From: the human T2T-CHM13v2.0 reference genome, Homo sapiens
Length of the DNA stretch: 64,000 nt
Reading direction: 5' to 3' (one strand)
Assembly (NCBI RefSeq): GCF_009914755.1
Contig: NC_060927.1
Shown: in pieces, positions 1 to 15,052 of the stretch
Numbering within the stretch: the stretch's first letter is position 1
Layout of the letters: every line of letters begins with the position of its first letter
Program-made: the position numbers and the translations under genes
The notes under the pieces: model-generated
Database searches by the model: none
The model's input: only the letters and a program-made list of their open reading frames with translations
What the model was told of the DNA's origin: nothing

Positions 1-1297
1 GTCAGTATTATTTTTAAAATTATCTAAAACTTAGCAAAAAAAAAAGTGAGTGGCACGTCTTTTTCAACGTCATATGTGGCAAAGGCTACCCAAGGACTAT
101 CTAGGTGAATGTACTTCATTTTACTCACTATTTGCTGTTGATTAAATGCATTATATGCCCCAGATTTAATAAAGTTACATGTTACCTTATGGATTTTTTT
201 CCAGTACAGATGCAAATAACTTCTGTCCAGTGGAACATATAACCCAAAAGATTAGGATTTGTTGTCCTGTAAGACATTAACTGATTTTCTATCTAACCCA
301 GCAATCTTATCCTAACATTTATTTATTCAACTGCCTAGTTATGAATTTACTAATCTGACCTCTGTCCACCCAGCATCCTTTGCAGATGCTCTTTAACATC
401 TTACTGGCTCCTCCATTAATTCATAAATTAAATAAAATCCCTGCTCCAGGTTAGGCTTCCTATGAGTATTTGTTATATAATCTTTTTTTAAAAAAATGAA
501 ATGAAATCCTTGGCACATGTTTTTCTTATATTTGCCTGAGAATCATGATTTTATCTTTTGGGAAATATTTGAAAGATCATTTCAAATTAAATTGTTGAAA
601 ATAACATCAGTCTCACTTTTCCTAATTCCTCAGCCTCAGCCTTCTTCTCTCCTCAGGTTTGTCCTTCACTGCCCCCAGGGCCAGCTGGTCACTCTAATCA
701 CTGTAGCCCTGCCCTTGCCATTCTCTGGGAACAAATTCTATTAGGGCCTCATTCGTTCAAGTCCCTCCTTTTCCATGAGGCCTCTCCTCAACCTCTTTTT
801 CTGAATAAATAGTAAGCTAACTGCTAAGGCCATACAATTAATTATCTGGTTCCATATTCTATTATCATGTCATGAACGTAAGTTTGTCTCCCCACCCCAC
901 CACCAAGAATGCAAATATCTTAAAAAATTGTTTATGCTGATTGTACCTCTTCAAATACTTGCATTTGCTAAGTATGTTGCAAGCATTCAATAAATACTTT
1001 GTGATATGCTGATCATATAAAAGGTGCTCTGGGAAGCAGGCTCCATGAGTTCCAGCCATTTCGTGTAAAGGCAAAAGGGTAATACAACTTCTGGATTTGA
1101 AAGGAGCTTGTGAACAAGGCCCCATTCTTCAATGAGATCAGCTCACTTTGCAACTAGGCACATATCATGTTTGTCAGCATCCCCCAAATTTACACTTAGC
1201 TTAACAGTTATTCCAGCATCCCATAGTGGTAAACATTTCTGTCCATATTAGGATGAGGTGGAAAGCCCAAGAAATGTGAGGGAAATACAATCATTTC

Positions 1298-1298
1298 T

Positions 1299-1329
<31 letters not shown>

Positions 1330-1340
1330 AGACAGAGAGA
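1298..1340. repeat. (GA)n microsatellite
   Basis: Direct reading; degenerate at the 3' end. Confidence 0.9.
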
Positions 1341-1820
1341 CTAATGTTTTCCTGCATTCATCTCAGAACTCAAACTTCCTCTTTACTAAACACCAAGAGT
1401 GTGATGTGTGATAGTGACGTTATTTCATCAGTATTTGGCCAGGTCAACAGGACTCTTCATGGTCAAAATTATCTGAGCAAAATAAAAGTAAATAAAATAA
1501 ATGACAAAAATGTAGCAATGGATACCATTTATATGGGCACCACTTTCCCAGGTACCTGATGTCTCTGACATGCAGAGGATGATGCCATGGGACCATCTGC
1601 ATCCAAAGCTTCCAAACTGTTTTTTTTTTCCTAGCAGTAGAACAATTTGCTCACGCAATGTGAGCCAAGCTGTAAATGCTGCCTTTTGTTCCCAGTAACT
1701 CCAGTGGATCTCATCCTTCTGGTTTGTATCTAAAATTGCTTTTTAGCCCAAAGATGCCAGCAACAGGGGATGGGGCAGGGTAGGGGGTGGGGGAAGCTCC
1801 TCAGGAGGCTTGTAAGGGCA

Positions 1821-2010
1821 TGGTGGTTAGGAGCATGAATTGCGAAGCCAAAATATCTAAGGCCAAATCCTGGCTGACTTGGGAAAGTGTTTTAACCCCT
1901 CCGTGAAATACAGATAATGATAGTAACCTTCAAAAGGTTACTGTGAGAACTAAATGAGATGATTTATGTAAAGACCTAGAACAATATCTGGCTCATAGAG
2001 TTGTAGAAAC
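1821..2010 (+). mobile_element. MIR
   Basis: gtggttaggagcatg...acttgggaaagtgttttaaccc...gataatgatagtaacc...tgtgagaactaaatgagatgat...tgtaaag, the MIR core. Confidence 0.7.
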
Positions 2011-2020
2011 AATAGCTACC

Positions 2021-2306
<286 letters not shown>

Positions 2307-2909
2307 TTATTATTCGCTGCTGAAGAAGAGGAAACAGTAGCTAGCTATGAATATCATAAGATACTTTGTTGATGCTAAATAGATGATGGTACCATCACTG
2401 GAAATTTGCAATATAAGTTGTAAATAAGGATGCTTGAAACCAAAGAGACTTACTTTAAGGAAAGCAATTAACAGTCCAAAATTAAACCGTCTTCTCACAA
2501 TGAGTCTGGGGGTAGAAGTGGGGGTGTTTATGGAGAGTAGGAAAGTAAATGTATCATAGAAGTTTAATATTTTGTTGGTAGAGGAGCTAGTAAATAATGT
2601 GTCTTGGTTGAGAAGTGTAGAAAATTATGATAGAAAAGGATAAGTTTAATTATGACTTCTGAGGGTAGACTGTCACTACTAGAAGAACTAAAAGCATAGT
2701 AGAACTTCCAAATCAACCAAAATGCAATAGAAAAATAACTGACACATGTTGCCAAAGTCAAAAGAAATGAAAAATAAAATTTTATATTTTTTACAAAGTA
2801 ATGAAAAAGAGAATGTTTTATTCAAAAACTCAAGAGGCATAACTAAACTTGGGTTCAGAAGAGAAAAATGTATAGTCTTAAATGATTTTATTAGTTAAAA
2901 AGAAAAATA

Positions 2910-3213
<304 letters not shown>

Positions 3214-3496
3214 AAAAAGAAAAATAAAGGAACGAAGAATTAACTTCAGTCACAAAAATATCAACATAAATAAAAAGATAATAGAGAGAAGTATTTTATA
3301 TAAAGAAATATGAAATTAATGAAATAGAAGAAAAAATAACAAAAGAAAAATACAAGAAACAAAAGCTGATCTTTTAAAAAAAAAATTAAATAGATAAGCC
3401 TCTGGTAGCCTGATTACAAAGAAAAGAGAAAATGCAAAAATATAGACTATTAGGAAAAAAACTACATATACAGAGGAGAGTAAAGAATGAATAGAG

Positions 3497-3930
<434 letters not shown>

Positions 3931-4100
3931 AAAAAGAATGAATGGAGAATAGAAATGAGCCATAAATTATGGAATATTTATACTATACGATATTAAGTAA
4001 CCATTTAAAAAGCATTGGTTTAAAACATTGACCAAGAGATATATCTATTACTTAAAGTGAGAACTACAAGCCATGGAATAATGTATGAAATTTGTCCCCA

Positions 4101-4396
<296 letters not shown>

Positions 4397-5390
4397 TTGG
4401 CCTTGTCCCCATTTTTGTAAAAACAAGCAAGCACTTCAAAAATCCATAAATACATGTGTATAAGCCGAGGGAAATGTTCCAAAAGAGAACACTGGGATCA
4501 CCTCAAGGGTGTGGGGGAAAGCTCTTTATTTTCATTGTCTCCAATGTGTTAACTGACTACAATGAATATCATTATGTAACTGTCAAAGAATTTTATTAAA
4601 AAATACAAGCAAACATATTAAAAGTACCCTTATGTTTACGCAAAAACTAAATCAGGGTATATCATCACCCTGTCTGCCCAGGTTTAGGGAAGCAGCCCAG
4701 GACTCAAGGCCTTCGTCCACACACTCAGCAACTGCCCAGCCTTCCCTAGAGCAATCCAGCCACCCCAGAGGCGGTACCCCTTCCAACCTGAATGCTGCTT
4801 TTCCTTGGAAAACATTCCTGGTGGTTTGTTTAATGTGTAAATGTCTTAAGGGTTTGTTATACGTTAAACGTATTCTATTTCCTCCTAAATCTTAGACCAG
4901 GCATTCCTTTTCTTTTTCATTCTCCACAGAGAAAAGCCTAATTCCTTCTCACAAGACACAGTGGGTGTTGCTCACCATTTTAAAGAGAGAAGGTGGCCTA
5001 TTTTCAGGGTGTAATGCTTCCATTCCAAGGTAATTCTTTTAGCAAAATTGCACCTTGACAATCACAGGCATTTTCCTTCCACCTTACCTGGAGGACCAGC
5101 GCTGCCCCTCAACACCCCTCCCCTTCTGACACAAACTTCCAGGTTTAAGGTTAAAGAGTTGGTGGATTAACACATATGTCCTGAATATGCGTTAACACCC
5201 ATAACAAAAACTCCAGGCCTATATCAGGTCCATAAAAACTTTCCAGTCATTCATTGTTTTTATACAGAGTCCAGCACAAAGCATGTGAGCCACTAATGAA
5301 CGTTCTTCCACGTGTCAGCACAGGCTGAAGCTAGACATTTTGGTGTTCAGGGTAAACAGTCACCAAGAACCCTCAGGCCCACACAGGTAA

Positions 5391-5871
<481 letters not shown>

Positions 5872-5922
5872 TAAAATCATTACTTTAAGTGTTAATATCT
5901 CCTCAGTGTTGATGCTCTAGGG

Positions 5923-6143
5923 AAGGGATTGACAAACTGGCTCACTGGCCAAATCCTTTTTGCTGATTATTTTGGTAAATAAAGTTTTATTGGGACACAA
6001 CTATACCCGTTTTTTGTAAGCCATTTATCTGTGGCTGCATTCACACTACAGTGGCAGGGTTGAGTAGTTGTGACAGAGCCATATGACCCTCAAAACCCAA
6101 AATATTTATGATCTGGCCCTTTATAGAAGTTTGCTGACCCCTG
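5923..6143. mobile_element. MER58-like hAT-Charlie DNA transposon fossil
   Basis: Terminal inverted repeats agggattgacaaact...agtttgctgacccctg; internal gtaaataaagttttattgg and gagtagttgtgacagag. Confidence 0.75.
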
Positions 6144-6269
6144 CTTGGGGGTAAAATCAGGGAATCTGTTTTGACAATCATTAGAAATAAATGAATGCAC
6201 ACATGCCCTGGAATGAGGGCTGAGGGAGTTAATAAGAACAAGGAATACGGAGCCTCAAAACCCCAACCG

Positions 6270-7352
<1,083 letters not shown>

Positions 7353-8827
7353 TAACCACACCCTGATCAGGGACTCCCGGCCCGCGCCAGCGACAAACAA
7401 AGCACAGGCACTCCAGAGACAGTGACCAGGGGGACTCTAATGTTTGGGACCAGGGCCCAAGTGGAAAGGCAGGAAAATAGCTGGGATGCTGGTGCAGTGG
7501 CGTCTCAGGCCGTGGCTGCCAGCACTTAGAAAACATCTTATCTGTGAACATCTTTTTTCCAAATCAGCCCATGTAAGTGGGACTCTCAGCAGCACAGATG
7601 CCTGTCTTTGTCCAGGGGTGTTCACACCAGTGCCCATCCATGGCATCTGCCTCTAGAGGCTCACTTGGTGTCTGTACCGAGAGGGGGAAAGCAGGATTTT
7701 GCCTACCTTGCAGCCTGGTTGGCTATAAAATAGCAGAGAAGTAAAAAAAAAAAAAAAATTTATATACCAAGTCCCCAGGGTAATAAAGTAAACTGACCAT
7801 TTATTACTCCCCTCTCCAACTACTATACTTAAATAACTTTCTGCAGTCAAGGCAAGTGCTTTTTAAGAGTGCAGAGGCCATCTGTTTGCCTTCCCTGCAC
7901 TGTCTTAGACACACACAGGCACCCCCACCGCCCACACATGCACACACGCAGCTCTGTGCTGTTCGAGAATCAGATATATTTATGCTGAAACACCCTGCTC
8001 CTGCTGCCTAAAAATAAAAGAAACAAAACCGATGCTTTCTCTGGGGAGATTCTTGCACACTCTAACTTAGACAAATTCTTCTCTTTAAACTGTTTTTTCA
8101 ACCACCCACCACCATTTGCACTCTCATAAAAGCCTTTTTCAATCCAAGAAATGCTGACAAAGAACTGCTTCTTAATGTCTGTACTTTGTTCCCTCAGCAT
8201 TAAGTCACCATGCCTGTGTTTTAGCTAAAAAAGCCTTAGGATTTCCCCCTACTCGCTTGTTTTCGGAGTGCCTCCGTCCATTCTGATGAAGCACACTCCT
8301 CATTAACATTCTCCCTCTCAGACAGGGCGTCCACACAAGAGGCTGTCAGCCTCCCTGTGAAGGCCACCCGAGCTATCAAATGCTCCCGGGAGCTCCTGCT
8401 CATTTGAGAAGTGCCTGCTTCTAGGAAAGCCCTTTGGCACAGGCAAAATACCCATCTTCAGTAAAAAAGCGTCCCAGGGCCCAGGCCACCTGGCTGCCAC
8501 CTGGCTGCCACCTGGGCTTCAGCCACTGTCATGCAATCTGGTCCCCAGATTGAACAGCAAGAATGTGCTGGCCAGGCCCTGCCCTGCTGGTCACATCAGG
8601 CATCCAGGAGGCGGGAGTGGCAGAGGGAAAGGAGTGCTGGACTAAGAGGTCAGGCCCTGGATAGTGACTTGACTCTCTGCTGAATTCCCTTCAGAGCCCC
8701 AACCTGCTCGTCTGTCACATGCGGCAATTGTCCCCACCCTCGCTTCTCCCCAGGTCAAGTGAGGAAATGGACAAGAAGAAAGTGGCAGAGGGCCAGGCAG
8801 GGGAAGCATCCCGGGCGCAGGCCTCAC

Positions 8828-9019
8828 CTGTCCAAACACATAGAGCAGCCCGATGGTGCCTCCCGTCTGCCCACCCAGGACCGAGGAGATCATGGAGTAG
8901 ACGCCACCGCTGCCGATGCTGCTGCGCTCCCCGACGCCAATGCCAGACAGCACCGTGACGAGGGCCACCAGGATGACGAAGGACACCAGGAACATGCCCA
9001 GGAGCACTCCTGTGTTTCC
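8828..9019 (-). CDS. SLC12A8: SLC12A8 exon 4 (192 nt, phase 0-0), TM2 to TM3
   Basis: gctgcAG|GGA...GGACAG|GTgagg. Encodes [64 protein letters not shown], with the SLC12 loop motif GG.Y.MIS..LG...GG.IG. Confidence 0.96.
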
Positions 9020-9594
9020 CTGCAGCAGAATAGCAAGGAGCAAGGTTGGATTAGGTGAGGAGGCCCCGCCAGCTCCCTGCTGGGGGCATTGACCACCTCC
9101 CCTCCTCCCACAGCACTGGAATAGGGGCCAGGGGTGGGGGCACAGAGTCAGGACAACTAAAAAGGACAAAGCAAGCACCACAACAGCCAAGGCCAGGAAG
9201 AAGTTCTAAGTGAAAGGAAGCGTCCTGGCTGCAAATTCTTCAATGACTCTCCCACCTATAGGGTACAGTCAGAGCTGCTGATGCCCTCACGAGGTGCCTC
9301 CTAATCTCACTTTGTGCCTGACGTGCAGCGACAAGTTCTCTCCCCACCCCCACCCCTCCTCATGCTGATTCCCCTGCCTGGAAGGCCTCTCCTGCTCATT
9401 CTGTACCTTTGTCAGGTTAACTCCAGCATATCCTTTAGGCCTCAACGTTTAGGATTTCTCACCAGGAAGCTGGCCCTGTAACCCTTTCTCTGGGCTCCTC
9501 CAGTGCCAGGGCTTAGTACTTTTCACAGGACTTGTCATATTGAGTCTGTTTCCAAGCCAGTTTTGACCTCTAGGCTGTGAGCTCCAGGGGAGGA

Positions 9595-10005
9595 TGATAT
9601 GGTTTAGATGTTTGGATTTGGATCCCTTCCAAATCTCATGTCGAAATGTGATCCCCAATGTTGGAGGTGGGGCCTGGTGGGAGGTGTTTGGGTCATGGGG
9701 GTGGACCCCTCGTGAATGGCTTGGTGTCCTCCCACAGTAATGGGTGAGTTCTCACTCTGTTCGTTCACAGGAGAGCTGGTTGTTTAAAAGAGCCTGGCAT
9801 CTCTCTTGCCTTCTCTCCGGCTACGTGGCACGCTGCTCCCTCTTCACCTTCCCCCATGAGTGAAAGCTTGCTGAGGCCTCACCAAGTGCAGATGCTGGTG
9901 CCATGCTTCTTGTACAGCCTGCAGAACTGTGAGCTAAATAAACCTCTTTTCTTCATAAATTAGCCTCAGGTATTCCTTTATAGCAATGTAACATGGACTA
10001 ATACG
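9595..10005 (+). mobile_element. MaLR solo LTR (MST family)
   Basis: tgatatggttt...ccaaatctcatg...ttggaggtggggcc...aataaacctcttttctt...ggactaatac; 5-bp TSD-like flanks gagga/gagca. Confidence 0.85.
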
Positions 10006-10577
10006 GAGCAGGATCATGTTTTCTTCCCCTTCATATTCTCAGTGCTTAGCATAACCTCCACAAAATAGGTGTTCATTAAATGCTTGTTGAGCGAATAAAC
10101 AAACCATGCATGGCTGGAGATGAACACATGTAGACAGACACATTTCAGTGTGAAAAGCAAGAGTCGCAGAGAGGCAGTGGACACAGCACTTCTAAGAAGG
10201 AGATGTAATGTCACATGTTTTGCAATAGAAAGCAAGGAAGACTCCTGATAGTCAAGACTTCATGTGTTGTGAGTGCTGGAGAGGGTCCTAGGAGTGGGCA
10301 GAGCCAGTTCAAGAGCTGAGTGGCCTAACATGAGCTGGAAAATTGTCCTGGAAGTCAGTTGTACTCTGTTCCAGTGTTTATAATATAATGCTCAAGGGCT
10401 CCACTGCTGGTCTGAGACCCACCCTGGCTGTGGCTAAGGCCGAAACCTGAGCTGAGGATCTGAGTGTGGTGTAGAATGAGAGCTTAGGAAGGTCTGGTCT
10501 TGCCCAGACTTCTTATGGGGGCTAAGAATCCTGTACATCCCACTATAAAGGAGCTTAAATCTCCCCAAATTTGCCTA

Positions 10578-10954
10578 TGTAATGGTTAATTTTATATGTC
10601 AACTTGGCTAGACTACGGCAACTAATTGTTTAGTCAAACACTAGTCTAAATGTTGCTGTAAAGGTGATTTTCAGATGTGATTAATATTTACTATCAGTTG
10701 ACCTTAAGTAAAGGAGATTACCCTCCATAGTATGGGTGGGCCTCGTCTAATCAGTTGAAGGCCTTACAAGCAAAGGCTGGTTTCCCAAAGAGGAAGGAAT
10801 TCTGCCTCCAGGCTGCAATACAGAAATTCTTCCTGCATTTCCAGCCTTCAGACTCAAGACTGCAGCATCAATCCTTACCTGCTAATATATACATGACATA
10901 CTTACATCTCCTGTTGGCATTGGCCTGTTTCTCTGGAGAATCCTGACTAGTAGA
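10578..10954 (+). mobile_element. MLT2-type ERVL solo LTR
   Basis: tgtaatggttaattttatatgtcaacttggctag...gggtgggcctc...aatcagttgaaggcctt...tttctctggagaatcctgacta. Confidence 0.8.
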
Positions 10955-11965
10955 TTCTACACCTTGAATGGCCTCCTCTCTTTCACCCATCTAGTCCAGC
11001 TCACCCTTCAAAGCCTGGCTCAACTGCATCTCCTCCAGGAAGGCTTCCTGACACCTCAGTGACTGCAGCACTCATAGCCTGTTCCACCCCAAGGGACTTA
11101 ATGCTGTTTTCAGAACTCTCCTAATGCAATATCTACCCACCACAGCTGTTAGCTCATAGGGCGGGGCGGGGAAGAGAGGAGGGGATGAGGGCCCAGGCCA
11201 TGTCTTGTCTTTTGTGATCCCACTGGCACTAAGTAGTGCTTGGCCCACAGCAGGTGCTCATCCATGTTTAGATGGTGACTGGCTTGCCTTTTGTTCTGCG
11301 CACCTGTGTGGTCTACTGAAGTCCCACTGCATGAGATGGCACTGTGTGTGGGACTGAGAACCCCTGCTCCAGGCACACATCTGCTTGGAAGGTCCTAGGA
11401 TGCTTTGCATAAGAATTAAAGAAGAGGCCTTTTGTTCCTTCTACAGGGGGAGATGAACTGACCCCCAGGATCTCACACAGCAGAGTCCATCCTAGGCAAT
11501 CCATCCCTAGAGGTAGGCGGCCCACACCTCTGACCAAGCATCCCCATGCACAGTCTTACCTACAGGGTTGCAGTGTGGTGGGGGAAGGCAACCATGTGGG
11601 CGGGCCCAAGATGAAGTGAAGAATACCGGGAAAACTACAGAGGGCCACAAGCTGGAGGCAAAATTGCCATCAATCTGATCTCTCTGACCCATCTCAAGTC
11701 CGGCTCATGATGAGCCCTGACTTCTGTGCTCCTATTCTGCAGTTAAATCTATGGTGTGAGGTTTCCATTAGAAATTCGGAAGCCTATCTTCACAGGATGC
11801 TCATTTAACAAGCAATGCTAGCTATTCATCGTGCTTGCTTCTGTTTCGTGTTTCAGGAGCATCTGTGCTTCAGGAATCTGTGGCCTGCACTGTAGAATGC
11901 AAGAGTGGCAGAGCTTTCCTGTCTTGGGCCCGTGAGAGGCTCCAGGCCACCAACTCAGCACTCAC

Positions 11966-12112
11966 CACCAGCCAGCCAGTCCTCAGGAAGAGCACAACCC
12001 CAAAGATGTTGATCATGCAGGATGTGAACACACCATCCCAGGTCCCAAACAGCACAGGCTCCCACATGAACAGCTGGGTCTTCCACCAGGGCTGGGGCTG
12101 GGCCAGGGCATC
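11966..12112 (-). CDS. SLC12A8: SLC12A8 exon 3 (147 nt, phase 0-0), TM1 region of a cation-chloride cotransporter
   Basis: tgtttgcAG|GAT...CTGGTG|GTgagt. Encodes [49 protein letters not shown], containing the SLC12 motif GVF..C..NIFGV.LFLR. Confidence 0.96.
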
Positions 12113-14677
12113 CTGCAAACAGAACACACAGAAATCAGCTGAGGGGCCATTGGGAGGGCCAGGGATGGCATGAGAGTGGAACAGGAGGAGGGAGGTAGGA
12201 GAACTCAGCTTAAAAACAGTCCTGTCTTATTGTGCCAGGGCAAGTGTGTGTGTATACACACATGCATGCACATACACACACATGCGCACACACACATCTT
12301 GAAGCATACCTCTACAAAAGGATCACTGTTCTCTTGTAACAACAGTGATTCCGTATCCATATGTAGCAGAGACTCATTATTCACAAACGTAGTCCTTTTC
12401 CTCTGGTCATCACTCAAGTAGTCAGGGAGTCAGGTAGACTCCCAGCCTCTTTGCAGCTAGAAGTGGCTGTGTGACTGAGTTCTAGCCCATGGAATGCAGG
12501 CAGAAGCAATAGATGACACTTCTAAGTGAGTGTGAGATTCTGGGTTTCACCTCCTGGGGCTCATGGTCATGAGCCCTCTTCATCCTCCAGTCCTAGCAGG
12601 GACAGCAGCTTCTGGCAGTTGACATTTGGCCAACCTTACTGAAGCGCTCTTTGCTCCTTCAGCCCTTCTAACACCTCTGCAATCAGCCCTGTGGATGAGA
12701 TTCCCTGTTTAAAATGACTGAAGTTATTTCTGTTTTCCTTACTGAGCACTAATACAGTGATCTCTGCTGATACCCCAGGATTCTTCAGCATTACTGGACA
12801 ATTGTTTGGAATCAGAGGCGAATAATGAAAAAACAGATTCCTTGCTCATTTTTCCAATTCACAAATAACAAAGGCACTTATAAACACTCAAATGGAAACC
12901 CTTTACTAAAAAAACCATAACTTCGTGGATATACTAAAATGATCTTAAACAAAACCAGTAGTAACTCACACTGTGAATGCTCTTATGTAGGTTTGGCAAT
13001 TAATCTAAACTCAGGCATGAACAGAGTCTTCCAGTGACCACAAACGACTACAGCAGTGATTACGGTTCTCAGCTGGGTGGGGTGGGTGGGGAGAGAGAGG
13101 CATCCAAAGCTAGGAGTCACTGTGTGCAATGAATCTGGACCTGGTGAGCAAATGTTATCCATAAACACAATAAAAAGGCAGAAAACTCAAGAGTTTAGGG
13201 AAAAATCCAAGATCCAGAGTCCACGGGGCATGGCTCCTGAATGGCTGAGAACAATGGGTGCGCCCAGGATCTAGAACCAAAGGCTAAGGCCAACGGCATG
13301 TGCTCAAAACCAAAAGGGAGGATCCCAGCTCCTCTTCCACCTCCTGTATCAGACATCCACAGATCAAGAAGGGGCCTCGAGAAATACTCAGGGATCTCAA
13401 TTCAGCCACATGGGACTGATGGGCCAGGGGACCCCTTGTGTCTCCGTCAGTCTCCAACTCCGTAAGCTTCATTTATGCATGTACATGACTGCTTGCCTGT
13501 CCTTCACAAACCACAAATGAGCAATCTCCTGAAAGTCAATAATTGTCAGAACAGTCCTCGTGGTTCGGAACAAAGACTCTGCCAATCTAGGCTTGTCCTT
13601 GAGCAAATGGTACCAAAGGACCTGTCTGGGGAATGCAGGAGTGTTTCCCAGGATCCTCATCTCGAAATTCAGGATGGGTCCCAACTTCCTGTCTCTGCTT
13701 GTGTTCCACTTCCTATCGTGGCTTGCTACAGGCCGACTGTTCCTCAGTAATAACAGTGACTCTCAGCAACAAAAAGACTAATACTGTAGAGAGTGCCATC
13801 AGCTTCCACAGGAGCTCTCTGCTCTGCTCCTCACGGCAGCCCCGTGAGGCAGGCCGGGAGGGGGCCCCACTGAGGGCTGAGGAGATGGAGGCTGAGAGAA
13901 GAAACCTGACGGCCCAGTCTCACAGCCAGGGCTTCCCCCAGCACTTGTAAGATCTGTGCTTTTCCCTGCCCCACACTCACCTAAACATTACTTGCCCTTT
14001 TTGCCCCTAAATTTAAGTCTTTCAGGTTTCAAATTCTAACACTCTGGACTTTGCATAACTGCGAATACATCTGCCTTACCCATGAATGCCTTTGTGATGA
14101 CAGAAACCTTATTCCTCTTTCACGCGTGCCTTCATTTTCCCATTCTGAAGGCTGGTTTGCATATGCGTTTGTTTACCTGCTGGTGTGTGAAATGCCTTTC
14201 ATTTCCTTGATCTCACTGGACTAGTCAATCAGCCTCAAGGGTAGAAACTTAGAGCAGGTAGAAACTTCAGGAAACCCTTTACCCTGAGAATGAAAATATA
14301 ACTGGTTTAAAATGGGTTTGGTGACTGAGCCCTGGCAGCTTGTTTCAGGATATTGAGGGGTGTGTACCTACCTTTTCTCACCACATGACAAAAAACTATA
14401 ACTCAGTCTTCCCACAGTCTGCTCATCGGAGACTGGGTGGGAAGAGCGTAGGTTTGACTCCAAGGGAGTAACCCTGATGTTCTTGGAGAAAGAGAGAGAC
14501 ACTACATAAGCCCAGCAAGAGACAGAGAAAGAAGGAAAAGGACGAAACCAAAACAGAGAGAAAGGGGAAGAGGATGAGATGGAAAGCTCCAGAATAAAAT
14601 GCCAAATAAAGCCCCCGAGGGATATTTCCCAGATGCCACGCTGCCTCCCAGGCATCCATGTAGAAATAGCAGCTTGG

Positions 14678-15052
<375 letters not shown>

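Noticed and set aside
1-1750. Unique AT-rich stretch as a possible hidden exon or processed pseudogene
   Set aside because: No recognisable protein similarity or convincing splice-bounded frame by eye. I could not find the next SLC12A8 exon here, so it probably lies beyond the window start.
8642-9190. 182-aa ORF as a standalone membrane protein
   Set aside because: Only 8828-9019 is SLC12-like and bounded by AG/GT; the rest is intron read in frame.
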